The position numbers and the translations under genes are program-made. The notes below the pieces were generated by a model. The model was given only the letters and a program-made list of their open reading frames with translations, was not told the DNA's origin and searched no databases. A stretch of DNA of 63,920 nucleotides, the filler included. It is 7 parts of 7 records of this genome, joined end to end, with 100 filler letters (N's around TTAATTAATTAA, not from the genome) between each part and the next. Parts side by side here need not be neighbours in the genome. Positions count along the whole stretch, not along the records: positions 30,578 to 39,717 come from SRR31147125_6640; positions 39,818 to 52,981 come from SRR31147125_6644; 5 more parts are not named here. The stretch is one strand, 5' to 3'. Of this stretch, positions 30,578 to 41,355 are shown piece by piece. The stretch's first letter is position 1, and the number at the start of each line of letters is the position of its first letter.

Positions 30578-31848
30578 TCATTCCACTTTACTATCAAAGC
30601 GGAAGTGTCCGATAAAAAAACAAATTATTTTGACGCGTCCATTAAAACGCATTTGACCGGAAAACGAATGCTGATTGTTGATGATAATGAAACAAACAGA
30701 AAATTACTTTCAAAACAAGCACATTCATGGGGTATGGAGACAGAAGAGGCTAGTTCCGGCATTATTGCGCTACAAATGTTACAAAATAAGCAAAAATTCG
30801 ATATTGCTATTTTAGACATGCGTATGCCCGAAATGAATGGATTAGATCTTGCAAAAGAAATTAAACACAGACAAAATGGAAAAATGTTACCTCTTATCAT
30901 GTTGAGCTCGATAGGCTCACGTGAGTTAAAGGGGGAAGAAAATCTCTTTTCAGCGATTCTGACAAAACCCCTTAAACAATCCCAGCTTTTTAATGCTGTA
31001 GCAAGTGCATTTAATTATACTGCTCTTGATTCCAAATCCTCTTCTGTCGTAACAATCGACAGCGATATGGCAAAATGCATACCTTTAAGGATCTTGCTGG
31101 CAGAAGACAATGTTGTTAATCAAAAATTAGCACTTCGTATCCTGCAAAAATTAGGCTACCTGGCAGACCTGGCAAACAACGGCTTAGAAGTACTTCAATC
31201 ATTGGAGCGTCAACCCTATGATGTTGTATTAATGGATGTTCAAATGCCGGAAATGGATGGACTGGAAGCCACAAGAAATATACATAAAATGATGAAAGGG
31301 CAGGAACGGCCTCACATAATTGCGATGACAGCATTAGCAATCGACGGGGATCGAGAACGATGTCTGGATGCCGGTATGGATGATTATGTCAGCAAACCCA
31401 TCCGAATCGATGAACTCATCCACGCTTTAAAAAATTCACAATCAGCTCAACAGAAAAAAAGGTCGAGCAACACGTCGTATCCGATCTGGAGGACTCGCCT
31501 ATAAATGAAAAAGTGATAAATGAGTTACACGAAACAATCGGATTAGATGATGAACAGGTATTCATAGAATTATTAGAAATTTTCCTGGATGATGCACCAA
31601 AATTAATTGGAGAAATGGTAACAGGAATGGAAAATTCCGAACTGGAAAAATTAATTCGAGGCGCACACACCTTAAAAACAAGCAGTGCGACCGTTGGAGC
31701 TATGAATCTATCCGCAATTTGTAAAAAACTTGAACAGAATGGGAGAAAAGGTATTCTTTTCGACGTTGACACCAGAGTGGCTCAAATTCAAAAAGAATAT
31801 GCAAAAGTAGAAATGGCCTTAAAGGAAAAATTAGGAGTAAGCTATTAA
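30578..31848 (+). CDS. C-terminal part of a hybrid sensor kinase (REC-REC-Hpt); frameshift in an A7 run at ~31457
   Basis: FHFTIKA (HATPase end), VDDN..DMRMP, AEDN..DVQMP..SKP, then Hpt AHTLKTSS reached in the -1 frame via KVEQHVVSD. Confidence 0.85.
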
Positions 31849-32059
31849 TTTTTCTCGCCCGTTTTGCTGTCATAATATATTTGCTTTAGTAACATGTCCA
31901 TAAATAATTACATAAAAAAATCAGGCGCTAAAATTTTGAATCTTTAAGACATTTAATCATATCATATTATTCCCCGTTTAAAATTCCTTGATGCTTCGGT
32001 TTTTTTTTACTATCTTTTTACTTAATAAGTTTTTTTAAACCAAGAAGCTGGCAGGGATT

Positions 32060-32650
32060 ATGAAAACCCCAAATTCAATAACTATTGCGAGAATTATTTT
32101 ATCACCTATATTTTTAATTATTTTTTCAATTGATTCATTGTGGTCCATCATTGTTTGTATTTTGATTGCGGGCCTCATGGAGCTGAGCGATTATCTTGAT
32201 GGTATGCTAGCCAGAAGAAACAAACAGATCTCAGATTTCGGTAAATTGATGGATCCGTTTGCAGATAGTATTTCCCGATTTACCATTTTTCTGAGCTTTC
32301 TAAGTGCCGGCCTGGCACCTGTGTGGTTAATTGCGATTTTTTTCTACCGGGATACTCTTGTATCTGTTGTCCGTGTATTTGCGATGAAAGAAGGAGTTGT
32401 GGTCTCAGCGAGGAGTAGCGGCAAATTGAAAGCAGTTGTTCAGGCAGTATGCATTTTTATCGTCTTATTCATGCTTTTATTTCAGAAATTATCTTTACTC
32501 CCAATGTTAACTATTGGTTCTAATTTCACTTTCATTTTAACAGGTGCTATTTCATTAGCCGCTATCGTAACCTTATGGTCAGCTATCGATTATTGGAAAG
32601 CAAATAATGCCCTCATCGTTAAGGCGATGAAAATAAATCCGGATCAATAA
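32060..32650 (+). CDS. pgsA: CDP-diacylglycerol--glycerol-3-phosphate 3-phosphatidyltransferase
   Basis: PNSITIAR, DYLDGMLARR...GKLMDPFAD, GKLK. Confidence 0.85.
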   Translation: MKTPNSITIARIILSPIFLIIFSIDSLWSIIVCILIAGLMELSDYLDGMLARRNKQISDFGKLMDPFADSISRFTIFLSFLSAGLAPVWLIAIFFYRDTLVSVVRVFAMKEGVVVSARSSGKLKAVVQAVCIFIVLFMLLFQKLSLLPMLTIGSNFTFILTGAISLAAIVTLWSAIDYWKANNALIVKAMKINPDQ

Positions 32651-32668
32651 TCTTTGTTGCCGACAGTT

Positions 32669-33493
32669 CTATAAAGTCGGCAACAAATCTCGAATACTAT
32701 TAACAACAAATTGGGGCTTATCTGGCGAGCTGTTGGCCATGGTTTCATTTGTCTCACCACTTAATACAAGAACGCCGACCATATTGTACTGATTAGCCAT
32801 TCTCATATCCGTATACAAACGATCACCAATAAAGGCAATTTTTTCTGTGGCAATCCCAGCTCTTTCACTAATGGCTTGAACGGCATGGCTACTTGGCTTA
32901 CCTACTACAATGGGTTTTTTCCCATTTGTAGCTGTCTCAAACAAGGAAATAAAGGAACCCACGTCTGGTTTAAATTGATTTTTAGTAACAGGACAGAGAA
33001 TATCCGCATGAGTTGCGACATAGGGAATATCTTTGAGTAATAAATCATAACAAAGTTCAATTTTTCTATAGGTAAGCTCTGTATCAAATCCAAGTACAAC
33101 AGCGCTAGGAGCAGGTTGATTCAAAACCTCTTCTTCTTTCAGACATACGTAGCCCCTTTGTTCAAAATCAGTCAAAAGATCTCTGTTACCAACCAGATAA
33201 AGATTAGGAAATAACTTGTTTGATCTTAAATAGCTATCCGCGCAATCGGCTGCCGTGATAAGATAATGATCATCAGCCGGAAAGCCAATAGAGTCCAGTC
33301 GTTCTAAATATGTTTTTCGTGATTTTGAGGTATTATTGGTAAAATAGAACAATTTTCTACCGGATTGTAGTATTCGCTCCAGAAACTCTGAAGATTTTTC
33401 AAATGGTATGCCATCTAAATAAAGCGTCCCGTCGAGATCGCAAACAATGGCTTCACATTCTTTGATTTTGTTCAGATTCGTATTTGACATCAT
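32669..33493 (-). CDS. HAD-superfamily IIA hydrolase (NagD-like)
   Basis: DLDGTLY, TNN, VGKP, IGDRLYTD, LSGET. Confidence 0.9.
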   Translation of the reverse strand: MMSNTNLNKIKECEAIVCDLDGTLYLDGIPFEKSSEFLERILQSGRKLFYFTNNTSKSRKTYLERLDSIGFPADDHYLITAADCADSYLRSNKLFPNLYLVGNRDLLTDFEQRGYVCLKEEEVLNQPAPSAVVLGFDTELTYRKIELCYDLLLKDIPYVATHADILCPVTKNQFKPDVGSFISLFETATNGKKPIVVGKPSSHAVQAISERAGIATEKIAFIGDRLYTDMRMANQYNMVGVLVLSGETNETMANSSPDKPQFVVNSIRDLLPTL

Positions 33494-33917
33494 TGAAAAT
33501 AGTAATCCTTTTAAAAGTTCCTGTTTAATTTTGTTATTTTCATACGGACTATCATTCTTATTTACGGCAAGTAAACTCATTTAATATAAAAATGCAAGTT
33601 TTATTATTTCCGAGTTGTTTAATAATTAAATTTAATAATCAGGCATCGAAAAATATAGAGTTGTTTTATCCTCAAATAAATTAAAAGTTGCTTTATATCA
33701 TAAATACGTTAAAAAATAGACCAAAAACATTGCCATAAAGTAAACCTTGCTTTCCAGAATAATTTTAGTTAAATTTGATACTGGATAAGGATTTTCCTCG
33801 TTGTTCTTCAATAGTCTCGTGATCGAGTCTGTCACGTTATGAGAAATTCCAACTATACAGCACTAACCATTAGTTTTTTTTTATTACTGTACTTATATAT
33901 TCCTATGGAGGTTATTA

Positions 33918-36900
33918 ATGTCTAGAAAAATGGTCACCGTAGACGGTAATGAAGCCGCCGCCTACGTCGCTCATAAGGTTAACGAAGTAATAGCTATATA
34001 TCCGATTACTCCGTCTTCACCAATGGGTGAATGGGCCGATGCCTACTCAGCATTAGGCCAGAAAAATATCTGGGGTACAATACCTCAGGTTGTAGAAATG
34101 CAAAGCGAAGGTGGCGCTTCAGGTGCCGTACATGGGGCACTACAAACAGGTGCCCTAACGACAACCTTTACCGCTTCGCAAGGTTTATTATTAATGATTC
34201 CAAATATGTTTAAAATAGCTGGTGAGCTGACTTCTACTGTTTTTCACGTATCAGCTCGTACAGTGGCAACCCATGCGTTGTCGATTTTTGGTGATCACAG
34301 TGATGTAATGGCAGCTCGTTCCACTGGTTGGGGCATGTTGTCTTCGAATTCCATTCAGGAAATCATGGATTTCGCCCTTATTTCTCAGGCTGCGACACTT
34401 GAAGCACGTGTTCCTTTCGTTCACTTTTTTGACGGTTTTCGCTCCTCACATGAAGTCCAAAAAATTGAACAGCTATCAATAGAAGATATTCGCGCTCTAA
34501 TTGATGATGAGCTTGTTCTCGCACACAGACAACGTGGTTTATCACCGGATCGTCCTAAATTAAGAGGAACGGCACAAAATCCGGATGTCTTTTTCCAGGC
34601 GCGTGAAACGGCTAATCCATATTACGATGCTTGTCCTGAAATTGTACAAAAGGCAATGGATAAATTCGCCAAGGTCGTTGGCAGACAATATAACTTGTTT
34701 GATTATGTGGGCGCTCCTGATGCAGAACGGGTTGTTGTCCTGATGGGTTCTGGTGCCGAAGCAGCTCAGGAAGCTGTTGACTATATGGTCGCAAATGGTG
34801 AAAAGGTTGGTATGTTAAAAGTTCGTTTATACCGCCCCTTCTCAGCAAAACATTTTCTCGGAGCCTTGCCAAAAACAACAAAAGCCATTGCAGTACTTGA
34901 CAGAACAAAAGAACCGGGAAGCACCGGCGAACCACTCTACCTTGATGTTGTTACTGCCTTGTCTGAATCCATGATGGCAGGTACTCTTCCTTTTGACCAA
35001 TATCCCACAGTTACTGGTGGACGATATGGTTTATCTTCCAAAGAATTTACGCCAGCTATGGTCAGGGGTGTGTTTGAAAATCTGGATCAGAAAACACCTA
35101 AAAATCATTTTACCGTTGGTATTAATGATGATGTTTCTCACACGAGCATAGATTATGATCCTAATTTTTCAACAGAATCCGATGATGTTGTAAGAGCACT
35201 TTTTTACGGACTTGGATCCGATGGTACTGTTGGAGCAAATAAAAATTCCATTAAAATTATTGGTGAAGAAACCGATAATTATGCTCAGGGATACTTTGTT
35301 TACGATTCCAAAAAAGCCGGTTCCATTACTGTATCTCACCTCCGGTTTGGAACAAAACCCATTCATTCTACCTATCTGGTGAATAAGGCCAACTTTGTTG
35401 CCTGTCATCAACAGGTTTTTATGGAAAAAATGAATATTTTGGAAAAAGCTGTTGAAGGTGCAACATTCTTATACAATACATTATCTTCCCCGGATGAGGT
35501 GTGGGATACATTGCCCAAGGTCATACAGGAAGAAATTGTCCAAAAGAAAATGAAATTCTATGTCATTGATGCTTATGATGTAGCCAAGAAAACCGGCATG
35601 GGTGTTCGCATTAACACCATCATGCAGACATGCTTTTTTGCTATTTCCGGTGTCCTTCCCAAAGACGAAGCAATTCAATACATAAAAAATGCTATTAAAA
35701 AGACCTATGGTAAAAAAGGCGACAAGATTGTACAAATGAATTACAATGCCGTTGATCAAACACTGGCACATTTGTATGAAGTAAAGGTACCGGAAACAGT
35801 GACCAGCGACAAAAAGATGCCAGCCATCGTTTCCGACGAAGCACCTGATTTTGTCAAGAACGTTGTTGCAAAAATCATTGAAAATAAAGGTGATGAGCTT
35901 CCAAGTAGCGCCCTTCCTGTTGATGGTACTTTTGATACCGGTACGACTCAATGGGAAAAACGTAACGTTGCTCTGGAAATTCCGGTATGGGACGCAGACG
36001 TTTGTATTCAATGTGGAAAATGTTCCATGGTTTGTCCACACGCGGCAATCAGACCAAAAGTCTATGATGAGAAAATTCTCGAAAATGCCCCGGAAACGTT
36101 TAAATCCATTAAAGCAAAAGGTAAAGACTTTAAAGAAGGATATTCTTATACCATCCAGGTCGCTCCGGAAGATTGTACAGGTTGTGGACTGTGTGTCGAA
36201 GCATGCCCGGCAAAGAACAAACAAGAAGTTGGTAAAAAAGCGATCAACATGGCTCCTCAGCCATCAATCCGCTTCCAGGAAAAAGAAAATTTCAACTTTT
36301 TCCTATCTATACCGGAATTGGATCGTCGCGATGTTAAAATAAATACTGTCAAAGGTTCCCAATTCTTACAGCCCTTGTTTGAGTATTCCGGTTCATGTGC
36401 CGGATGTGGTGAAACACCTTATGTCAAACTTCTCTCCCAGCTCTTTGGGGACAGATCTATCATTGCAAATGCGACAGGATGTTCGTCCATTTATGGTGGT
36501 AACCTGCCGACTTTTCCATATGCGAAAAACAAAGATGGTCGTGGTCCGGCCTGGTCAAATTCCCTTTTTGAAGATAATGCCGAGTTTGGTATGGGCTTTA
36601 GACTAACTTATGACAAACTTTCCGAGTTTGCCAAAGAACTGGTGCAAAAACTGTCCAGTGATATTGGTGATGAATTGGCTACGGCATTACTCGAAGCTGA
36701 TCAAAGTACCGAAGCAGGTATTTTTGACCAGCGTGAGCGTGTTAAACTATTAAAAGATAAGCTTGCCAATGTTAAATCTGAAGATGTCAAACAATTACTT
36801 TCAGTCGCTGACATGTTGGTGAAAAAGAGTGTTTGGATTCTTGGTGGTGACGGTTGGGCATACGATATTGGTTATGGCGGCCTGGACCATGTTTTAGCCT

Positions 36901-37489
36901 CCGGACGTAATGTAAACGTTTTGGTACTCGATACTGAAGTGTACTCTAATACCGGTGGTCAGATGTCCAAATCAACTCCATTAGGAGCTGTTGCTAAATT
37001 TGCAGCGGCTGGTAAACCGACACCTAAAAAAGATGTTGGCATGATTTTTATGTCCTATGGTAATATCTATGTTGCTCGAGTTGCCATGGGTTATAGTGAT
37101 TTGCAAACAGTACGTGCATTTAATGAAGCGGATGCTTATGATGGTCCAAGTATCATACTTGCCTATTCCCATTGTATCGCCCATGGTATCACAATGAGCA
37201 AAGGATTGGATGAACAGAAAGCAGCCGTTGAAAGTGGACACTATCCACTGTTCCGCTATAATCCGGCTCTGGCAAAAGAAGGCAAAAATCCACTTAAACT
37301 GGATTCCAAGCCACCCTCAATTTCCTTTGAGGACTTTGCCTATAGAGAGACTCGATTCAAGATGCTTACAAAGTCTAAACCAGAGCGTGCAAAAATGCTT
37401 TTGGATATGGCTCAGGGTGAAATTGACTCAGATGGAAACTTTACCAGGAAATGGCTGAAATGGATTACAGTAACGGACAATCAGAATAA
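33918..37489 (+). CDS. nifJ: Pyruvate:ferredoxin (flavodoxin) oxidoreductase; frameshift near 37430
   Basis: YPITP, MQSEGG, two CxxCxxC...CP clusters, CAGCGE, GDGWAYDIG; the likely true tail RWKLYQEMAEMDY lies in another frame and ends at 37489. Confidence 0.95.
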
Positions 37490-37509
37490 TTATCTAATCT
37501 CGGCTTTTT

Positions 37510-37543
37510 AGTATCTGATGGAAATTGAATTCCATCAGATACT
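37510..37543 (+). terminator. Hairpin between PFOR and the DHOD-like gene
   Basis: agtatctgatggaa / ttccatcagatact. Confidence 0.6.
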
Positions 37544-37622
37544 ACTTTATAGATTAATCGTTCTTGTGAAAATAATTTCTATTTGTCCTGATTGAATACA
37601 TAATATGAAAGGATCGCAAACT

Positions 37623-38627
37623 ATGGATTTATCGACTTCCTATATGGGACTAGAACTGAAAAATCCTATTGTCCCATCAGCATCACCATTGTCAAAAAAA
37701 ATTGATAATATTAAAAAATTAGAAGATGCGGGTGCTTCGGCCATTGTTATGTATTCCCTGTTCGAAGAACAAATCGCCTTTGAATCTGAGGAAATGGATT
37801 ATTTTTTAGACTTTGGCACAGACAGCTTTGCCGAATCCCTTAGTTACTTTCCGCAACATGATGATTTTAACAGAGGTCCTGAGGAATATCTTGAACATAT
37901 AAAAAAAGCCAAAGCAGCTACAAATATTCCTATCATTGGTAGTTTAAACGGCGTTTCCACTGGCGGCTGGATAGATTATGCCAAAAAAATTCAGCAAGCC
38001 GGAGCAGATGCCCTGGAACTTAATGTTCATTTTATGGCAGCGGATCAAAATCAAGAATCTCATCAAATAGAGAATCAATATCTGTTGATTCTTGAGGCTA
38101 TCAAGTCGAACGTTGATATTCCTGTTGCCATCAAATTAAGCCCTTACTTTAGCTCTATGTCCAGAATTGCTACAAAGCTGGATAAAAACGGCGCTGATGC
38201 CTTAGTTATGTTTAATCGTTTTTACCAACCAGATCTGGACTTAGAAAATCTGGAAGTAAAACCAAGTGTTAGGTTGAGTAATTCTGATGATTTGAGACTT
38301 CCATTACGCTGGATAGCGATACTGGATGGTAAGATAAAAGCGAGTATGGCAGGCACAACCGGTGTCCATAAGGGAACCGATGCGTTAAAGCTTGTAATGG
38401 CTGGTGCTGATGTAGCCCAGATGTGTGCGGCACTTTTAAAGAACGGTCCTGAATATGTGCAAACAGTCATCAAGGAAATGGAACAATGGATGGAAGAACA
38501 TGAATATGAATCCATTGAAAAGATGAAAGGTAGCATGAGTCAGCGTTCTGTTGCTGATCCAGCTGCTTTTGAACGTGCCAATTATATGAAGGCATTGAAT
38601 GAATTTAAAAACGAGTATGTTAGATAG
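37623..38627 (+). CDS. Dihydroorotate dehydrogenase-like protein
   Basis: LKNPIVPSASP, SLFEEQI, ELN, KLSPY, FNRFYQPD, FERANY. Confidence 0.88.
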   Translation: MDLSTSYMGLELKNPIVPSASPLSKKIDNIKKLEDAGASAIVMYSLFEEQIAFESEEMDYFLDFGTDSFAESLSYFPQHDDFNRGPEEYLEHIKKAKAATNIPIIGSLNGVSTGGWIDYAKKIQQAGADALELNVHFMAADQNQESHQIENQYLLILEAIKSNVDIPVAIKLSPYFSSMSRIATKLDKNGADALVMFNRFYQPDLDLENLEVKPSVRLSNSDDLRLPLRWIAILDGKIKASMAGTTGVHKGTDALKLVMAGADVAQMCAALLKNGPEYVQTVIKEMEQWMEEHEYESIEKMKGSMSQRSVADPAAFERANYMKALNEFKNEYVR

Positions 38628-38658
38628 AACGATTCTTTTACATTGATATTTACACATG

Positions 38659-38688
38659 GCCGAAACAATTAATGTTTCGGCTTTTTTT
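38659..38688 (+). terminator. Intrinsic terminator
   Basis: gccgaaaca-attaa-tgtttcggc-T7. Confidence 0.8.
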
Positions 38689-38793
38689 AACGAATTGTAA
38701 CTATTGTATAAATGTTTTAAATTTATTAAATTATATAAATTTTCACTCTATTAATAAAATTACAAATACCAAATTACATATAAGGACCTGGAT

Positions 38794-39717
38794 ATGTCAA
38801 AAATACGTATCGGAGTTATCGGTGTAGGCAAATTGGGAAATTTCCATTGTAACACCCTATCCTCTATGAAAAATATCGATTTCGTTGGCGTGTTCGATTC
38901 CAATCACGAGCAAAAAAATCAGGCAGCTAAAAAATACAGTTGTACTGCCTTTGAATCCTATTCTTCCATGTTGGATGCTGTTGATGCTGTGGCTGTCGTC
39001 GTCCCAACTACAGAACATTATGAAATTGCCCAACAGGCATTAGAAGCTGGAAAATCTGTTTTTCTTGAAAAGCCTATAACCAATACCGTTTCTGAAGCAA
39101 CAAAACTGGTTGATTATGCCAAACAAAAAAATCTTATTTTACAAATTGGCCATATTGAACGGTTTAATCCGGCTATTCGATCTCTGGATGATATAACTCT
39201 TGCACCTATGTTTATTGAATCCCACCGCCTGGCTCCCTTCGATCCCAGAGGTACAGATGTGGCTGTCGTCCTGGATCTTATGATCCACGATATAGATATT
39301 ATACTAAGCCTGGTCAACAGTCAAGTGGACCGAATTGATGCCAAGGGGGTGGCAGTTGTCTCTGATGAAGCGGATATTGCCAATGCACGAATTCAATTTA
39401 AAAATGGCTGCGTGGCTAATATCACAGCCAGTCGGATTTCACAGAAAAAAATGCGAAAAATGCGCATTTTTCAAAAGATTCCTATATTTCAATCGATTTT
39501 CTACAAAGGCTGACCGAAGTTTTTAAAATAACTGATTCTGACAGCAATCTACCCAACACCGTCATTCTGGGCCAAATAGAGAAAGCAAAAAAGAAAAAAC
39601 ATATTATATATGATCGGCCACGGCCTTCCGAAGAAGATGCAATGCATGCTGAATGGACTGCTTTTTTCCACTCCATCGAAACAGGAAAAACACCGATAGT
39701 GAGTGGAGAAGATGGTC
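38794..39717 (+). CDS. Gfo/Idh/MocA oxidoreductase; frameshift ~39478, truncated by contig end
   Basis: GVIGVGKLG, EKP, GHIERFNP, DLMIHDID, ASRIS; continues DSYISIDFLQ in another frame. Confidence 0.88.
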
Positions 39718-39817
39718 NNNNNNNNNNNNNNNNNNNNNNNNNNNNNNNNNNNNNNNNNNNNTTAATTAATTAANNNNNNNNNNNNNNNNNNNNNNNNNNN
39801 NNNNNNNNNNNNNNNNN
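39718..39817. other. Artificial contig spacer
   Basis: N-ttaattaattaa-N. Confidence 0.98.
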
Positions 39818-41350
39818 GGAGAAAAGGAGATCATAAATATGGTTTTGGGTATTTCCGATTCAGAGGAAGAAATGAAACCATTGAAAGAGAAATATCTTTC
39901 AAACATGAACAAGGAGTTTGAAAAGCTCAAAAAATATCACAATGGTTTTATTGCCAATAACCGTTTTACAACTCCTGATGAACACCTAAATCGTATGTTG
40001 AATGTCTGGATGAAGCATCAGACTGCTTACGGTGCGCAATGGTGCCGATGGGGATGGATGGGCTATCGCGATATTGTACAGCATGGTTACGGAGTTTCAT
40101 CGTTTAATCCGAATCGTACAAAAGAAATTTTAAAGGAAGCTTTTAAGCATCAATATACAAGCGGAATGGCATTGCGTGGCTGGAATCCTGTGGATACAAA
40201 ACCATATTCCGATAGTGCTTTGTGGTTGGTTTTTACGCTGGTTTCGTACCTGAAAGAAACAGCCGACTTTGATTTCCTTCAAGAAGATGTGAAATTTTTT
40301 GACGAGGGAAATGCAAACGTTCTGGAGCATATTGAACGTGCACTTAATTTTTTAGAAAATAATAAAGGCACACATAATTTAATACTGATAAAATTTGGCG
40401 ATTGGAATGATTCTCTTACCGCAATTGGCAAAGAAGGGCGTGGCGAAAGTGTTTGGCTGAGTATGGCTTATGCAGAAGCACTACAACAGATGGTTGAGGT
40501 ATTTGATCATTTAAAAGATGTCAGAGCAAAAGAATATCAATTGCGCTATGAAAGTATTAAATACGCTATTAATAAAAATGCGTGGGATGGCGATTGGTAC
40601 ATCCGTTGTTTTGATGATAATGGTCGTGCGGTTGGTTCGAACAAAAGTGAACAGGGCAAAATTTTCCTGAATACTCAGAGTTGGTCGATGATTGCAAGTA
40701 TAGCCGATGAAAAACGTACGCAGCAAGTGATTGCATCAGCAAATAAAATGCTACTAACTGATATTGGTTATTTACTGTTGGCACCAACCTTTACAGCTCA
40801 CGATTCGCATATTGGACGTATTAGTTATATGGAGCCTGGTATTTGCGAAAACGGAACTGTTTATTCTCATGTAAATGTTTGGATGGTTTTGGGGCTGCTC
40901 CGTGCTGGAAAAATTGAAGAAGCTTATGAGGCTTTCAAGAAAATTACGCCTGGATATTTCTCAGGAATGGAAAACGATGCTAAACAAAACATGCCCCCTT
41001 TTATATACGCCAATGGCTGTTATGGACCAGACCATAAAAATAATAAGCTTCAGATGGAATTTACCTGGATTACAGGATCAGTTGCTTGGTTCTATAATGT
41101 ACTTACCAAAGAAATGGTTGGTATTCAACCTGATTTTGACCAACTGGTAATTAATCCAAAACTTCCGAGGGAGTGGGATAATGTTCAGGTTAACCGGGTA
41201 TTTCGTGGAAAAAACTTTGATATCCAGATTCAGCGAGCTGATGTAGTTGAGATAACCATTGAATTGAACGCAAAAATAATCTCAGGAAATCAAATGAAAT
41301 TGAAGGATTGTCTTGATGTAAATACGGTAAATATAAACATCCCAAAATAA
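39818..41350 (+). CDS. GH94 glycoside phosphorylase, C-terminal part
   Basis: GYRDIVQ, GDWNDSL, GESVW, AWDGDWYIR, ENGTVYSH, WITGS. Confidence 0.88.
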   Translation, partial: GEKEIINMVLGISDSEEEMKPLKEKYLSNMNKEFEKLKKYHNGFIANNRFTTPDEHLNRMLNVWMKHQTAYGAQWCRWGWMGYRDIVQHGYGVSSFNPNRTKEILKEAFKHQYTSGMALRGWNPVDTKPYSDSALWLVFTLVSYLKETADFDFLQEDVKFFDEGNANVLEHIERALNFLENNKGTHNLILIKFGDWNDSLTAIGKEGRGESVWLSMAYAEALQQMVEVFDHLKDVRAKEYQLRYESIKYAINKNAWDGDWYIRCFDDNGRAVGSNKSEQGKIFLNTQSWSMIASIADEKRTQQVIASANKMLLTDIGYLLLAPTFTAHDSHIGRISYMEPGICENGTVYSHVNVWMVLGLLRAGKIEEAYEAFKKITPGYFSGMENDAKQNMPPFIYANGCYGPDHKNNKLQMEFTWITGSVAWFYNVLTKEMVGIQPDFDQLVINPKLPREWDNVQVNRVFRGKNFDIQIQRADVVEITIELNAKIISGNQMKLKDCLDVNTVNINIPK

Positions 41351-41355
41351 TAATA

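Noticed and set aside
31513-31848. Stand-alone Hpt protein
   Set aside because: Joined to the upstream REC domains by a one-base shift in an A7 run; most likely one hybrid kinase.
33819-33837. cgtga-N9-tcacg palindrome upstream of nifJ as a CRP/FNR or Rex site
   Set aside because: Spacing does not fit those consensuses; too weak on its own.
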